Part shown: positions 52,481 through 64,000 of the stretch, one piece after another | How the letters are laid out: every line of letters starts with the position of its first letter | Position numbering within the stretch: position 1 is the stretch's first letter | Source: Lingula anatina | Taxonomy: Eukaryota; Animalia; Brachiopoda | Length of the DNA: 64,000 nt | Reading direction: 5' to 3' | Assembly: GCA_051362555.1 (NCBI GenBank) | Contig: CM120644.1 | Location: 1,062,954 to 1,126,953 of the forward strand | Made by a program: the position numbers and the translations under genes | The notes under the pieces: generated by a model | What the model saw: the letters and a program-made list of their open reading frames with translations, nothing else | What the model was told of the DNA's origin: nothing | The model's database searches: none

Positions 52481-55400
52481 AAGGTGGGGAGCGGGCATGC
52501 TTCCATGTGTGTGTTTGCGAGAGAAAGAGAGAGATAAAGAGAGAGAGTATATGTGTAATTGTGTGTGGTGGGGAAAGAAGTGTGTGTGTGTGTGTGTGTG
52601 TGTGTAAGTGTGTGTGTGTGTGTGTGTGTAAGTGTGTGTGTGTCAGAGCGAGAGAGAGACATGGGAAGAGAGAGAAGGCCTGTGTATATGTGTGTATGTA
52701 TGCGTGTGTGTATGTGCGCGTATATGTGTGAGAGGGAACGAGAGAAACCCGAGAGCGTGTGCATGTGTGGTTGCGTGTGTGAGAAAGACAAAAGGAGGGA
52801 GAGAGGGCGTGTATATGCGTGCGTATGTGCGTTTGGGTGAGAGAGAGAGAGAGACAGAGAGAGAGAGGTGGGAGGCGGGGAGCTGAAGGTATTATGGCAC
52901 ATTAACAGAAAAAAAACAATAGAATACGAAAATAAAAAATAGAAAGGGTCATACATGTTGATCATCCTTTTCTCCGTCTCCTAAGCAACATGGGAGAATA
53001 TTTCTGCGAGTGTGAGAATCTCGGCGGAGTTTTGTCTGCGTCTTCTTACTCTCCCCCTGTGTACAACAAACAATGGAATACAGTGGTAGAACAACTAGAA
53101 TACAACACCCATGTTAACTAACAGAAAGCATGCAACAACCTCGGGAATTAGGTTTCACATTTACTGTTTGCAGTTAAAGAAACAAAGACTATAACACTGT
53201 AATTGGGTGAACAATTAGGTAAGGCAAGCTTAATATGTTGTGTATGTTGCATTTCCAACATGTTAAACATTGCAAGCACTGGTAAACCTACGGGACATAT
53301 AACACATCTGTACTGTTGAACTTCTACATGTTCCCTACAGTCGTAGCCGAAGCGTATGGTAAAGTAACATACTACATGCACATTCAACAAGGTTAAATAC
53401 TATAAGCAACTGTTAGTATCTTTTTTTAATTTAGTTGCCCCATAAAAGCCGGGATTTGTTCTTTCCATGAAACCCCTTAAATTCAAAATATAGGAGCTTG
53501 AATGCAATCCCCCACGTGCAAGAAATCTTAGCGAATTCTGGGTAAAGTAATCAGCAGGGTAGGGCTACATTTTACACCCCAGCAAACACAGTACGTTATC
53601 ATAACGTTTCATAACAAATAAAACGTAATTGTAACGTTATGGTAACGTATAGGTAACGTTATAAACCGTCTCTCTGTGCTGGGACTTTGTCCAAGAGCAG
53701 AGCGAACACAAAACCCGAACAGGCTGCTCAGTCGTATACCTACTTCCTGAAGTGAAAACTAAGTAGTTGTCTTGGTGGACAAAGTTAAAAAATCACATAA
53801 GACTCAAGAGAAAGCGTGCACAGTAGGAAACATTCGGCATCCGTTCATAGGATTTAAACAGATACGTAAACGGATAGTGACGGCGCTTGTTTACAAAACA
53901 GTCAACATCCGACACTGCAGGAAGCTCTGATTTTCTGTAAAAAAATGCACGCAGAGTGTTCGTCATAAAAGTAGATTACAACACGAAGGTATTTGGATAC
54001 ATGGGATATAAAATCAACAAATGCTCAGTTATTTACAAAACATATGTCGTTTTTCCCTTACATTTAAAACAGTGGTAGATGTGGAAGCACCCTCGTATCT
54101 GTTGGACGATTTGTTCTTCCTTCTTCGTCCAAATGAGTTACTGGATTTTAGTCTAATATACGTGCTTTTGGGGCCATCTATAACGTCCGCAAGCTGTGAA
54201 AAAGCAACAAAGCAAATATGAGGCTAAAGGAAGCAATTTTTATGACATTCCGCACACTCGCAATGCATGAAGATAATAGTACCAATTGTTATTAATATCG
54301 GCATTATCTTAAAGGGCCACAATGAGCGATGACTGTTAAATAGCTAAAGGTGATTTACCAAGGTCAGTATCTAAAACTGTTCACAGAATTATGATTCACA
54401 AAGCCCGTTTTGAGACAGAGGCTGACAGAAATTAGACATTAAATACTCGAAAACGGCTTTTATGGATCGCATTGTTCTGGCAGTTTTGGATACTTTTTAC
54501 CTTGGCGATAGAGTCAAAATTGCTTCAATTTCCATTTTTGCTCTAAAAAACGCATTCCATGCCTTTAATATGCTGAGTTAAGAATAGAAATAAAAGTGAC
54601 CATGCCGGATCGTTTGCTGGTGAGGAACTAAACACTAGGTCTTTAAAATACACCACTATTTTGTCTCATTTTACGTGTCAATTGACCTTTTTTACTGGGC
54701 ATACTAAAATGGAAACCAAACATTCATATTCATCAATGTCATTTGCAGAACCTTGAAACTGCGTTATACTGCGTACTTGTACGCGCTACCTTGACCCACA
54801 TTTCAGAACGCATTTTCATTTTTGATACATGTAGCCATATAACCATCCTTTATTCGCATTTTCCGTCAATTACTTATTACATCTATACCAGAAAGTGGCT
54901 TTCTTTGCAGCGCAGAATGTGTTGTCAAGGTAACGCATGCAGTCAGCACGAGTGGTTGTGTTATTAACCAAGCCTGAACTGAACAAGCTGTTATTACGTC
55001 CATGCCCGCTGCAATGGTAGCATGCAATGTACATATTAGTATAGTTGTATAAGTTGTATACTATATATAATATTATACATATGTATGTAATATAAGAAAA
55101 ATAATCAGTGTAATATACAACGTTTCAGAAAATAAAATTATACGAATAAAACAAAGCATCAACCACCTACCGGGGAATCTAGCCCCATATTTTCTGGCAA
55201 ATCGAGTCTCATGAAGAGTATCTTCGCAAGATATTTAAAGCACACTTTTTTCACCCATCGTGGCGGTTCTTTGCCACGGACTCCTTTGTGATGGATATTT
55301 AACGTCAACACAGTCATCGCCGTGGCGCCAGAAACTATTGCTATGGTTACTCCGTAATATATTCCTGGAAATAGACAATGCGAATGAGGAGGGAAGAACT

Positions 55401-58400
55401 CTCAAATCAATACACAAACTCACAACAACGAGCGTATGAAATCAAATAATTGATTTTTATGATGTGTGCAGTATGCACAAATAATACTTAAAAATATCGG
55501 CACAAACCCATCTATTTTACAGTTACATCTATAAAAACCATGCATTACAAATAACATAGAAGTGACATGCTCTGGAGAACAAATATAACCAATAATGTGA
55601 AAATATCCAAGGAGTAATCCAACTGCATCAATGGACACATAATGGTAGCCTTACCTATCAGAGGTAAATTCTCGGAAGATGGCGGCATGCTCTCTGTGAC
55701 CAGCATGAGGAAGACAGTCATCGACAACAACGTCGTGATTCCCATTGTTACTTTCTCTCCGGAATCCGACGGGACATAAAAGCCTAGCAAGGCAACAAGC
55801 GTTATTAACACACACGGCAACATCATATTAAACACATAAAACATGGGGCGACGTCGAATGTGCACGTAGTACGTGATATCCGGGTACGGCTCGGCGCAGC
55901 ATGAGTAATACTGGACGTTGCGTTCCACGAAAAGTTTCACCAAAACCCACTCAGTGCTCTGCATATAGTTTGAGACGTCACCTTCGTCCGACACCATGAC
56001 CAGATTTAGCTGGTAGCCGTCGTAGGACCAAGAAGAGAAAAGCATGGAGCAGTTTTGTTCGTCAAAGGGAAAATTGGCCACGTTGATTGTACACGAACTT
56101 TTGTATATCACAGTCGATAGCCACGTGATGTTGCCCACGTGATTGATGATGACGTTGGTGCTGACCGAAGACATGAAGGCTTGAACGTCTGCGCTGAACA
56201 AATGAAAAAAAGAAACGATTATGCATACCGTATTAGAATATTTCAAATAGCAATGGTAAGTGTGCATAAAAGAAGCTAATCTTTGCAAAAAAGCTAATTT
56301 TTTATTTTCGTAGGATAAATTTACAAAGAACAAAACCCGATACATTTTTGTTCTGATCTATTACTTAGGCTGAGCGAGTCTTCGACCATTTTGTTTGGTG
56401 AACACAAACTTTGGTTGTGATTGCGTTGGGCAGCTCAACTAACACAATTCCAGTTCATTCGCTCTACACATTCACCACAAGTTATCACTCGACCCATTGT
56501 AACCTTATCAAACATGTAGTTCTAATAACACTTACTTATTATATAACAAGATATCAGGAAGCCATACTTGGTCATACGGAACTCTAATGACTCGAATGCC
56601 GCCATATTTGTTAGGATCCCAGACTAGCTTGGGGTCAATCCACATCTGTAAAATGAAGTTATTTAATTATAACATGTTTACTTGAACTTACTGAATGATA
56701 TCCAATTCAAAGGAAAGTAATATTAAATCATTTAAAATAACCTATTTTACCTATATTGGTATTAATTTATAGAATACCCCACTGTCCAAAGTGTTGTGGG
56801 GAGGAGATCTAGATGTGTGCTTTTATCGTACAAGGAACACCCTATAGATGGCGCCAGACGATCTTGTTTCCCAGCCCTTTCCTGTGAGACTGCATGAGGT
56901 GTGTTAGTTATCGGGAAGACATGAGTTACGGGTGACTAAGAATTAGGTTAAGACTACAAGTATAAGGAAAGCAATTAGATTGGGGGCTTCTTCAAACTCT
57001 TGGTAATTCTCTTTTCTGTTCGGTAGTTTTTTTCGTTAAATCAGTAGTACTGATGTGATTTTTAGTAAAAAAAATGGAAAATTGAGAATGAGTATAACTA
57101 AAATGAGAATAACAACAGTAACATTTTTTTTCTTTTTCACCTCTTACATGTGTGCATGTGTATATGTAGATTTCTTGAAATCATATATGATATGAAATAG
57201 AACCATCAGCTGTGCATATTTTCTCTCTCTCTCTCTCTCTCTCTTTACTTTTTCTCTTTCATACAGGCGACATATAGAACGTATTTTTTGCGCTTGGTGT
57301 TGCACTTTAATGCCATTCACAAAGAGCAAAAAAATCTAGACATAATGCAGTTTGATCTATTCGGATCCGTTGTGCACATTTTCTTAATTTATTTCTTGGG
57401 AACTGGCGTACAGCTTGGCTTAGTGAAAAAAAAAAACGTGACTAGTTTTCAAAAAATCCACTCGTCTGTGTCACTGAGCTTGCACTCACCATACGAATGA
57501 ACGGCCTGCATTCACAGCAAGTAAACAGTCCACTGAAATGCTGAGACAGAAAAGCCATCTCAGAATCGCATGCTTAATTTTCACCACAAGAAAAATAAAT
57601 TCTTCTTGTCTCGTGTAACGATATACGTGGAGATATATACTGTATATCTTCCCTCAAGTGCACTTAGGTCGAAAGATCAATTATTCAGAAAAAGTAACAA
57701 TATCTCAATCGAACCTGGTTGTGTATTCAACCAATTTTTCGTTTCCGCCCTGATATGAAAATAAATACTTTACTATTTACTTAGTTTTCACGCGAATCGT
57801 AAAAATGCATTCTGAATACAAAAGATAAAACATTTTAGACGTACACATGTACGTTTCAAACCACTGATTGGTTATTCTCGCCACCAGGAGGCAGCAGAGG
57901 GGTGACGTCGTAACTGAAAACTCTGAAAAAATTGTCATAGTCCAAAAATGTGTCCATAATTAGCCAAAGAAATATCTGTAAATATCACGTGAAAAATCTC
58001 CATGAGACGCTGGTAGAGGACAGACCATACAGGCGGAGCAGTCTGGACTCACAGCGTGTATGCTACCACGAAAGCCTTGAAAGAAGCAGACGCCCAACAT
58101 AATATAGCCTCTTAGCCAATACTCCGGTCCAGACCCAGTACATCAAAGTTTTTTTTTTAATTATCAGACTTACTTCACCAACACCTTGGATGTAATTAAT
58201 TCAAACAAACAGATCCTTGTCCTTATATTTGTTTTGATGTCAAATGGCGCGTTTCGTCTTACCTTAAAGTTCACCGACACCAAAACAGTCCATTTAACCC
58301 ATCTTAAAGCGTTTTTGTCAGTCTGGTATGCAACGCTGACAAAACCAGTCATCCGATAACTTCTTAAAAATAAAAGACAACCGAATGGACCCTGGCTAGA

Positions 58401-59270
58401 TCGGTCACAGATGCTTGATCTTAAGTTATTGACAATGGAATTGAAATAAATCTACATTCAGGATGGAGAACTAAAATTCGTGAATCAGGTGAAGGTATTA
58501 AACCCCCAGGTCGTTGATACCATTGTGTTAAGTCATGCTTTGTATCACGGTTCATTAGGCGTTCAGAAGGGCCTCGGGCTATATCTCTTTAACCGCCCCA
58601 GGCATGGGTGTGTATTGGACTGACCCGTTCTCAGCCCGCGCGGCAAATATAATTAGGCAACAATAACAGGCAGAGGTAAAATAAACACACGTCGAATGAA
58701 GGGGGTGATTCTCATTTCACTGGCTCTTTAACTTAAGCTGTTTTTCTCTACACATATACCCCAGTGTGTGCTTTGTGAGCGTTTTGTCCACGTTAGTGCT
58801 GTCTGAAGTTAAAGACCACAATTACTACCCACCTGACCTTAGTTCGAAGACTGAAAGAGAACGCGGCCCCAGGTGAACGGACTTAATCAATTGCAACGAG
58901 TAACAATTTTGAAAATCTTCAATATTTTGGAGAGAAGTCACTCTGGGTTCGCAGGTGGCACGGGGTTAAGGAACCATGACTGGAGGTATTGGTTAAAAAA
59001 GTAATTAATACAGCGTCCATTGGTGTAACTCAGTACAAGCAAGATGACTTGTCTTTAAACTGTTTCAAATATGAATAATATGAGGCCAAAATAAATGATA
59101 GAGGCATCTTCATTTTAAACATGGTTTAAGGAGAGAGAGAGAGAGAGAGAGGGGGGGAGGGAGAGAGAGAGGGAGGGAGGGGAGAGAGAGAGGGAGGGGG
59201 GAGGGAGGGAGAGAGGAAGACTCACCTGGTTTAACCAGCAGTTGGTGGTCAAAATTTGATTTTTTTCATC
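51701..59270 (-). CDS. Nicotinic acetylcholine receptor alpha subunit (alpha7/9/10-like, cation-type), 5' exons not found in window; exons 59270-59226, 56645-56536, 56193-55655, 55364-55171, 53056-52955, 52087-51701
   Basis: [15 protein letters not shown] (45-bp exon), WxD..L.W...YGG...WLPDILLYN (110-bp exon), Cys-loop [15 protein letters not shown], loop B WSYDG, loop C YYSCC..PY, M2 [19 protein letters not shown]3 [27 protein letters not shown]4 [18 protein letters not shown] sites with consistent phases. Confidence 0.93.
52436..52866. repeat. Compound (GA)n/(GT)n low-complexity microsatellite in the last nAChR intron
   Basis: Direct reading; it explains several spurious ORFs in the track. 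Confidence 0.95.
53578..53683. mobile_element. Tiny EnSpm-type MITE
   Basis: CCCAGCAAACAC ... GTGCTGGG termini, 2-bp TSD (AC), internal AACGTT repeats. Confidence 0.65.
54313..54564. mobile_element. Palindromic TTAA-flanked MITE in nAChR intron
   Basis: TTAA|AGG ... CCT|TTAA with a long imperfect internal inverted repeat (ccaagg..tatctaaaactg / cagttttggata..ccttgg, about 54358-54505). Confidence 0.5.
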
Positions 59271-61501
59271 CTGAAAAGAAAAAAAATATAATGATTAGCC
59301 CATTCACATCAACCAAATATCAATCTTCAGAAGCTAAATTAACATCTGAAACATTTTATGACGCCGTGATTAAAATAGTGAGTCGTTATTTCTTCATTAT
59401 ATACTCTATCATATATCTTCATTCTCAGAAAACGTACACTGAGCCAATCTTTAAAAACTTTCGCATAAACATTCTTATTGGGGGGATATTGAGCAAATAA
59501 ATGTACATCAGGCAGTATATACTAGTATCAATATATCTGTCTGCCTCCACATAGGGCACATGTACTAGTATATCAAATAAACTGGCCACACAGATGGACA
59601 ATGTGATTCTAACAGAATCATTGTCATGGGAAGTTTTGAATAAAATCGACTGTTGTTTAAGTCTTCCGTACATATTTCCTACAGAGGTGGCTTCTGTTTT
59701 ATTACATAAGGTATTTTATATTATTTGATAAAGAATGCAAAGACGTGCAGATTAGGATCTATTTGAACTTTGAAGGCAGACGACCATCAAGTAGGCGACC
59801 GGGAGGCGACATGTTACTCCATCTCTTTCCTTCCTTAGCTCGGCAATCAATACTGTCAATACTTGACTCTGACAGACATCCCCGGGGTCAAATACCCTGG
59901 AAACGGCCCCTGTATCTTATATCGAGGTGGGAACATGTATAAGTAGCCATATTAACTTATTATACATAACAGGGGCCCGCCTGTATGATGACAAGGGAGG
60001 AAAATGGATATCAAACGGCAGTGGTGATTTGTCAAAGTGTTAATGAGCATGCAATTAATCATTTGTTTGAAGAAAAATAGCCATTTGTTTAACCAGAATG
60101 AGTGGTGTTTGGTAAAGTACTACCGGAGGGTAGTGGTCACGCTGAAGAGAGAGGACCCAGCGTGAAAAAGGACACCTAGCTTCCGCACGCGCCTACGGAG
60201 TGCAAACAAGACGCTATGTTTCACACACTCAAATGTCTCTTCAACCTACACATTCAACCAAGCGACTCGACACAAGACCCGTGTGAGAAAATTGAATTAA
60301 AAGGCTTGACACATCGATCTCAATGGCGGTAAATTACCGTGTAGATCCAAATAGGAATTAATGGGTTTACTCAGTTTTTTTCGCAGTCGTCATTTTGCGC
60401 ACCATTTCTCGCAAGAAGACAAAGGTTGCATTATTTCTGTAGATTTAGTTCTTTTGTGTGTCTTCGGCTGTGCAGTCTTAAAGCGATTAAGAAACGGGGT
60501 GCTTGATAAGTGAATTTGCTAATGCAATGAAACGGTAAACGCGTGTATATGCTTGTTAAAGGCATGTATACTGTACATTTGGCGATAGTATGTCAACTGA
60601 TTCTGACGTATTTAAATATCTGTGATTTGCAACTATTTACGACCAGACACAGCACATATATCTTTCTAGAACTATCATAATAGAAAAGATTTTAGCTATG
60701 CCTAAATGTAGTCAGGAAGACGATTTATTTACAGCTTTGAAAGTTCGCGTTCAATAACAAATAAAGAAGAATTCGCAGGAGTCCTAGGTCTTAATTTAAT
60801 ACATATTAATAATTTATCTTCACATTATTAGCTCATAAGATAGATCAGTAAGTTATTGTTGATTGAAGATGTCGAAATAATGTCTGAGACAATTCTGCAC
60901 ACCCATGAAAATAAATATTCGCGCAGATGAATAAGTATTGCTGCGTATGTATCATAATGTAGGGGTAAAATGTAGAGTTCAGCAAGTACAAACATGTCTA
61001 CATAACTGACATTTAACTACAGTAGCATTAAATAAAAAATTTTAAGTACAACACAGACCTATAACCTATTTGCAAAGGTTTTCAGTTTTATTAATAAACA
61101 GTGCATTCATGAAAAGGATCTGTGAAACAGCGTTTGGTGTTGTAGTCAGCGAAACCTTATGTTGATTCTTTCGGTTCACCTCTCAAAAAGTATCGACCAA
61201 ACGCAAGCCACTTACTGTAGTTAATTGGATGGTATTGGGTCGCATCGGAAAACTAAATTAAGGTGAATGCACTTAAATCATGTGATACGTTGACTTGAGC
61301 CGATATATGCACTTCTTACCACTATGTACGTGAACTCGAGAGTTTTTTTAGTACTGTCTATTTAACCATTCACTACAGCATTTACTGATAACATGTACAT
61401 AGCAACAGTCATTTTAATTTTCTTTCCTTTATTGTGTTTTAGGGATTGACTTATAATGATTAAAACTCAAGTAGAGGAATAAATACTGTTATAAGTGAAT
61501 A

Positions 61502-61543
<42 letters not shown>

Positions 61544-63547
61544 ATAAGTTGTAGTACAGATGAGCTAATCTGAAAAAAAAAACTCCACAATAAAATGAAT
61601 TCCTACATGTAGCAGCAGGTCACTAACATGTCCCTTAGATCATTAGCTATATAATGGCCTGATTAAGACAGAGCAGTTAATTAACCAAATAGTAGTGTGT
61701 TAAATGATAGTGATTAGATGGTAAGGGCTGCCCTAGATATGTCAACGGTTACCGTAGTAAAGTCCCCTTGCGTGCGTGCGTTAGGCCAAAATTACGTTCA
61801 AAGGGAAACAAATTTTTTCTTTGCATCACCGCCGTGTCTACGTGTTCGGTTAATTCAGCGGCGCTACAAAACATCTTTGTTTGGTGTGCTTTTCTTCAGA
61901 TATCCTTTCTGGTGAAAAAGTAGCATTAGAGATTACTGTGGAATTAATTCCTTCTAATTAACGGTATTATTTCACCTTTAAGCTCGTTATCAATCATAAT
62001 TTCGTTACATCGATACTGTTACAATAATAGGCTTGACAATCCTCACGATCAGTTTCACATCGCAGATCAAAAATGTTTTGAAAAAATAACTACGAAAAAT
62101 GTAATTGATAAAATAATCAACAAAATACTTCAGTTTTCAAATACAGTCCAAATGACACCTTATCTTGTATCGCATTTAATCGTAAAACACGCGACTTTTC
62201 TACAGCGCTGTAATGGAGGGTCTTGTCCTGATCGAGACCCGACCTCTCAGTAATTCAAACGTATCCGATGGAAGAGTGCTATAAAAAAATTAAGTAATTT
62301 CAATATCCGGCATCCACTTACTGATCAATCCATTGAGCTAATATCGGAAAATATTAAAAACGTTTTTTCGAGAGAAACGTCCCCAGAGTTCGTCTCATGC
62401 ATCCCACCGCCTTTCAGTAATTGACGGATACGTGTCGTTTGTGGAGTTGGCTTGACGCATGGAAAACTCATAAGGTATTGATTGTGGATTTCCCCCTTTT
62501 TATTTGTGTTTTCCTGAAGGAAGTAGTCAAGGGCGATGTGCTGAAGAGGAGCATCTGCCTGTGTGTGTGTGTGTCTGTGTGTGTGTGTGTGTGTATGTCT
62601 GTGTCTGTGTGTATATATGTTGTATGTTATTTGAGCATGTACGAGCAAGTGCAGAAGTTTTACACGACTTTGCGTACAATCCCATTGTTGTTAACATTAA
62701 AAGAGGGTTTTCTTGCGTGGCGTCTGGAAAGATGACCGGTACATACACATGTATGCCTGATGTTGGGAGTGGTGAGAGCGTGCACGGTGCATGTGAGGAC
62801 GTGCGCGGTCATTCAGGATAACGGTTGTTGTAATGTTACGTCCAAACCTCATACATTATGGGGATTGATTTCAATGAAAGCTTGTACACATGTGTAAATA
62901 ATGTGAGGTATATGTCCACAGAGTGTTTGTTGCTAGTACAGTCAGTCCGAAGAGGCAGCGTCAGAAGTGGACTCGGAGTGTAATTGACGTAACTTGTGTG
63001 TTATCTGAACTAAACCAGACTGTGGACATTTAGATGCTGGCAGTCTAGTTCAAAACCCGCCTGTGCTTCAAAAGATGACCGCAGGACAATATGAATTAAT
63101 TCAGAGTATAATTTTACTGACGCAAATCACCACTTTATTACAGTACTTCTTGAGTATTTCTATCACTATTTCTTTTAATGCAAAAGTTCTGATAGAATGG
63201 GTTCTTTTTTTATCAAAGAAAATTTCTGTTAAAGCCCTGTTACAAACAGCCAGGCAGCACGTTTGTTTAGATAAGCAGTGCGTTTGTGTTGGAAATTAAT
63301 TGGTTTGTTTTTGTTAGTTATACAAAGTCACGGCAGAAGTATATAAAAAGGAACAACTTACCTCAAATAAACAAACTATAATTCTTACATGTGTCGAATC
63401 TATTTCGCTTTGCTTTTGTGCTATATATTGTACACGTTACTGCATTACCACCAGAATAAAATAATTTAGTACATTAAACATTTTAACATTCGATGATTAT
63501 TTATTGTTAATCATCGTAACTCGTAACTCGTATATATATATGTGGCA

Positions 63548-63582
<35 letters not shown>

Positions 63583-64000
63583 GCTGTTACACCTCGGGCA
63601 ATGACAACGTGCTCTTCAGAAATCAAAATTGAAACTATATAAGACACTAACACCAATTTCTTCCTCTAAAACCTACTCATTCTATGATTCACTAAGGCTG
63701 ACAATCACAGTAATGTACGACCTGGCTAAGAATCACAGTTGGTATACAAGTACTGGATCAGTGGTATCCCCCATATTTGTTTTGATAAGTACATTGTTGT
63801 ACCTTATCCTTAAATTACCAAAGTCTCACAATATATTGTTCTACAAGTAGTTTAGAAAGCCCTGCTGAAGAACATGTAAGTGCCATTGATCCTGGTGTCA
63901 CAGAAGAAAGACATCAGCGGCGTCTTAAGGATGCGTCACGTTCTATTACATTAACAACATAAGCTGCACACGTTAAGTCCTCCTGAGAATCAGATGAAAG

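Noticed and set aside
52258-52965. 235-aa ORF and overlapping ORFs
   Set aside because: These are translations of GA/GT microsatellites (THTHT, SLSLS) in an intron; the same applies to 62325-62821 and 44970-45290.
59271-64000. Upstream nAChR exons (signal peptide, N-terminal helix, RPV motif)
   Set aside because: No convincing exon was found by eye, so they probably lie beyond the window end; small exons could have been missed.

Overview
AT-rich, intron-containing animal genomic DNA, most likely a lophotrochozoan invertebrate such as a mollusc (inferred from gene families and repeat content). The core of the window (8.8-49.5 kb) is a head-to-tail array of six four-exon glycosyltransferase family 92 (GALT-1/DUF23-like) type II membrane genes. 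All six have open spliced frames and conserved exon sizes (exon 2 93 bp, exon 3 233 bp, exon 4 638 bp). The copies are mosaics of each other, with discrete variable patches in the luminal region shuffled between them, and copy 5 has lost its DxD motif. Convergent with the array is the 3' part (six exons) of a cation-type nicotinic acetylcholine receptor alpha subunit. A piece of that receptor's intron plus 17 bp of its exon is embedded in four of the GT92 spacers. The window starts with a broken NHL/beta-propeller (TRIM-like) gene end. It is dense in transposons, many with empty paralogous sites: Tc1/mariner, CACTA/EnSpm-like, Kolobok-like TTAA elements, an L2/CR1 fragment and a Penelope GIY-YIG fragment with a minimal hammerhead ribozyme. 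All alignments were done by eye and most short ORFs in the supplied track are spurious.
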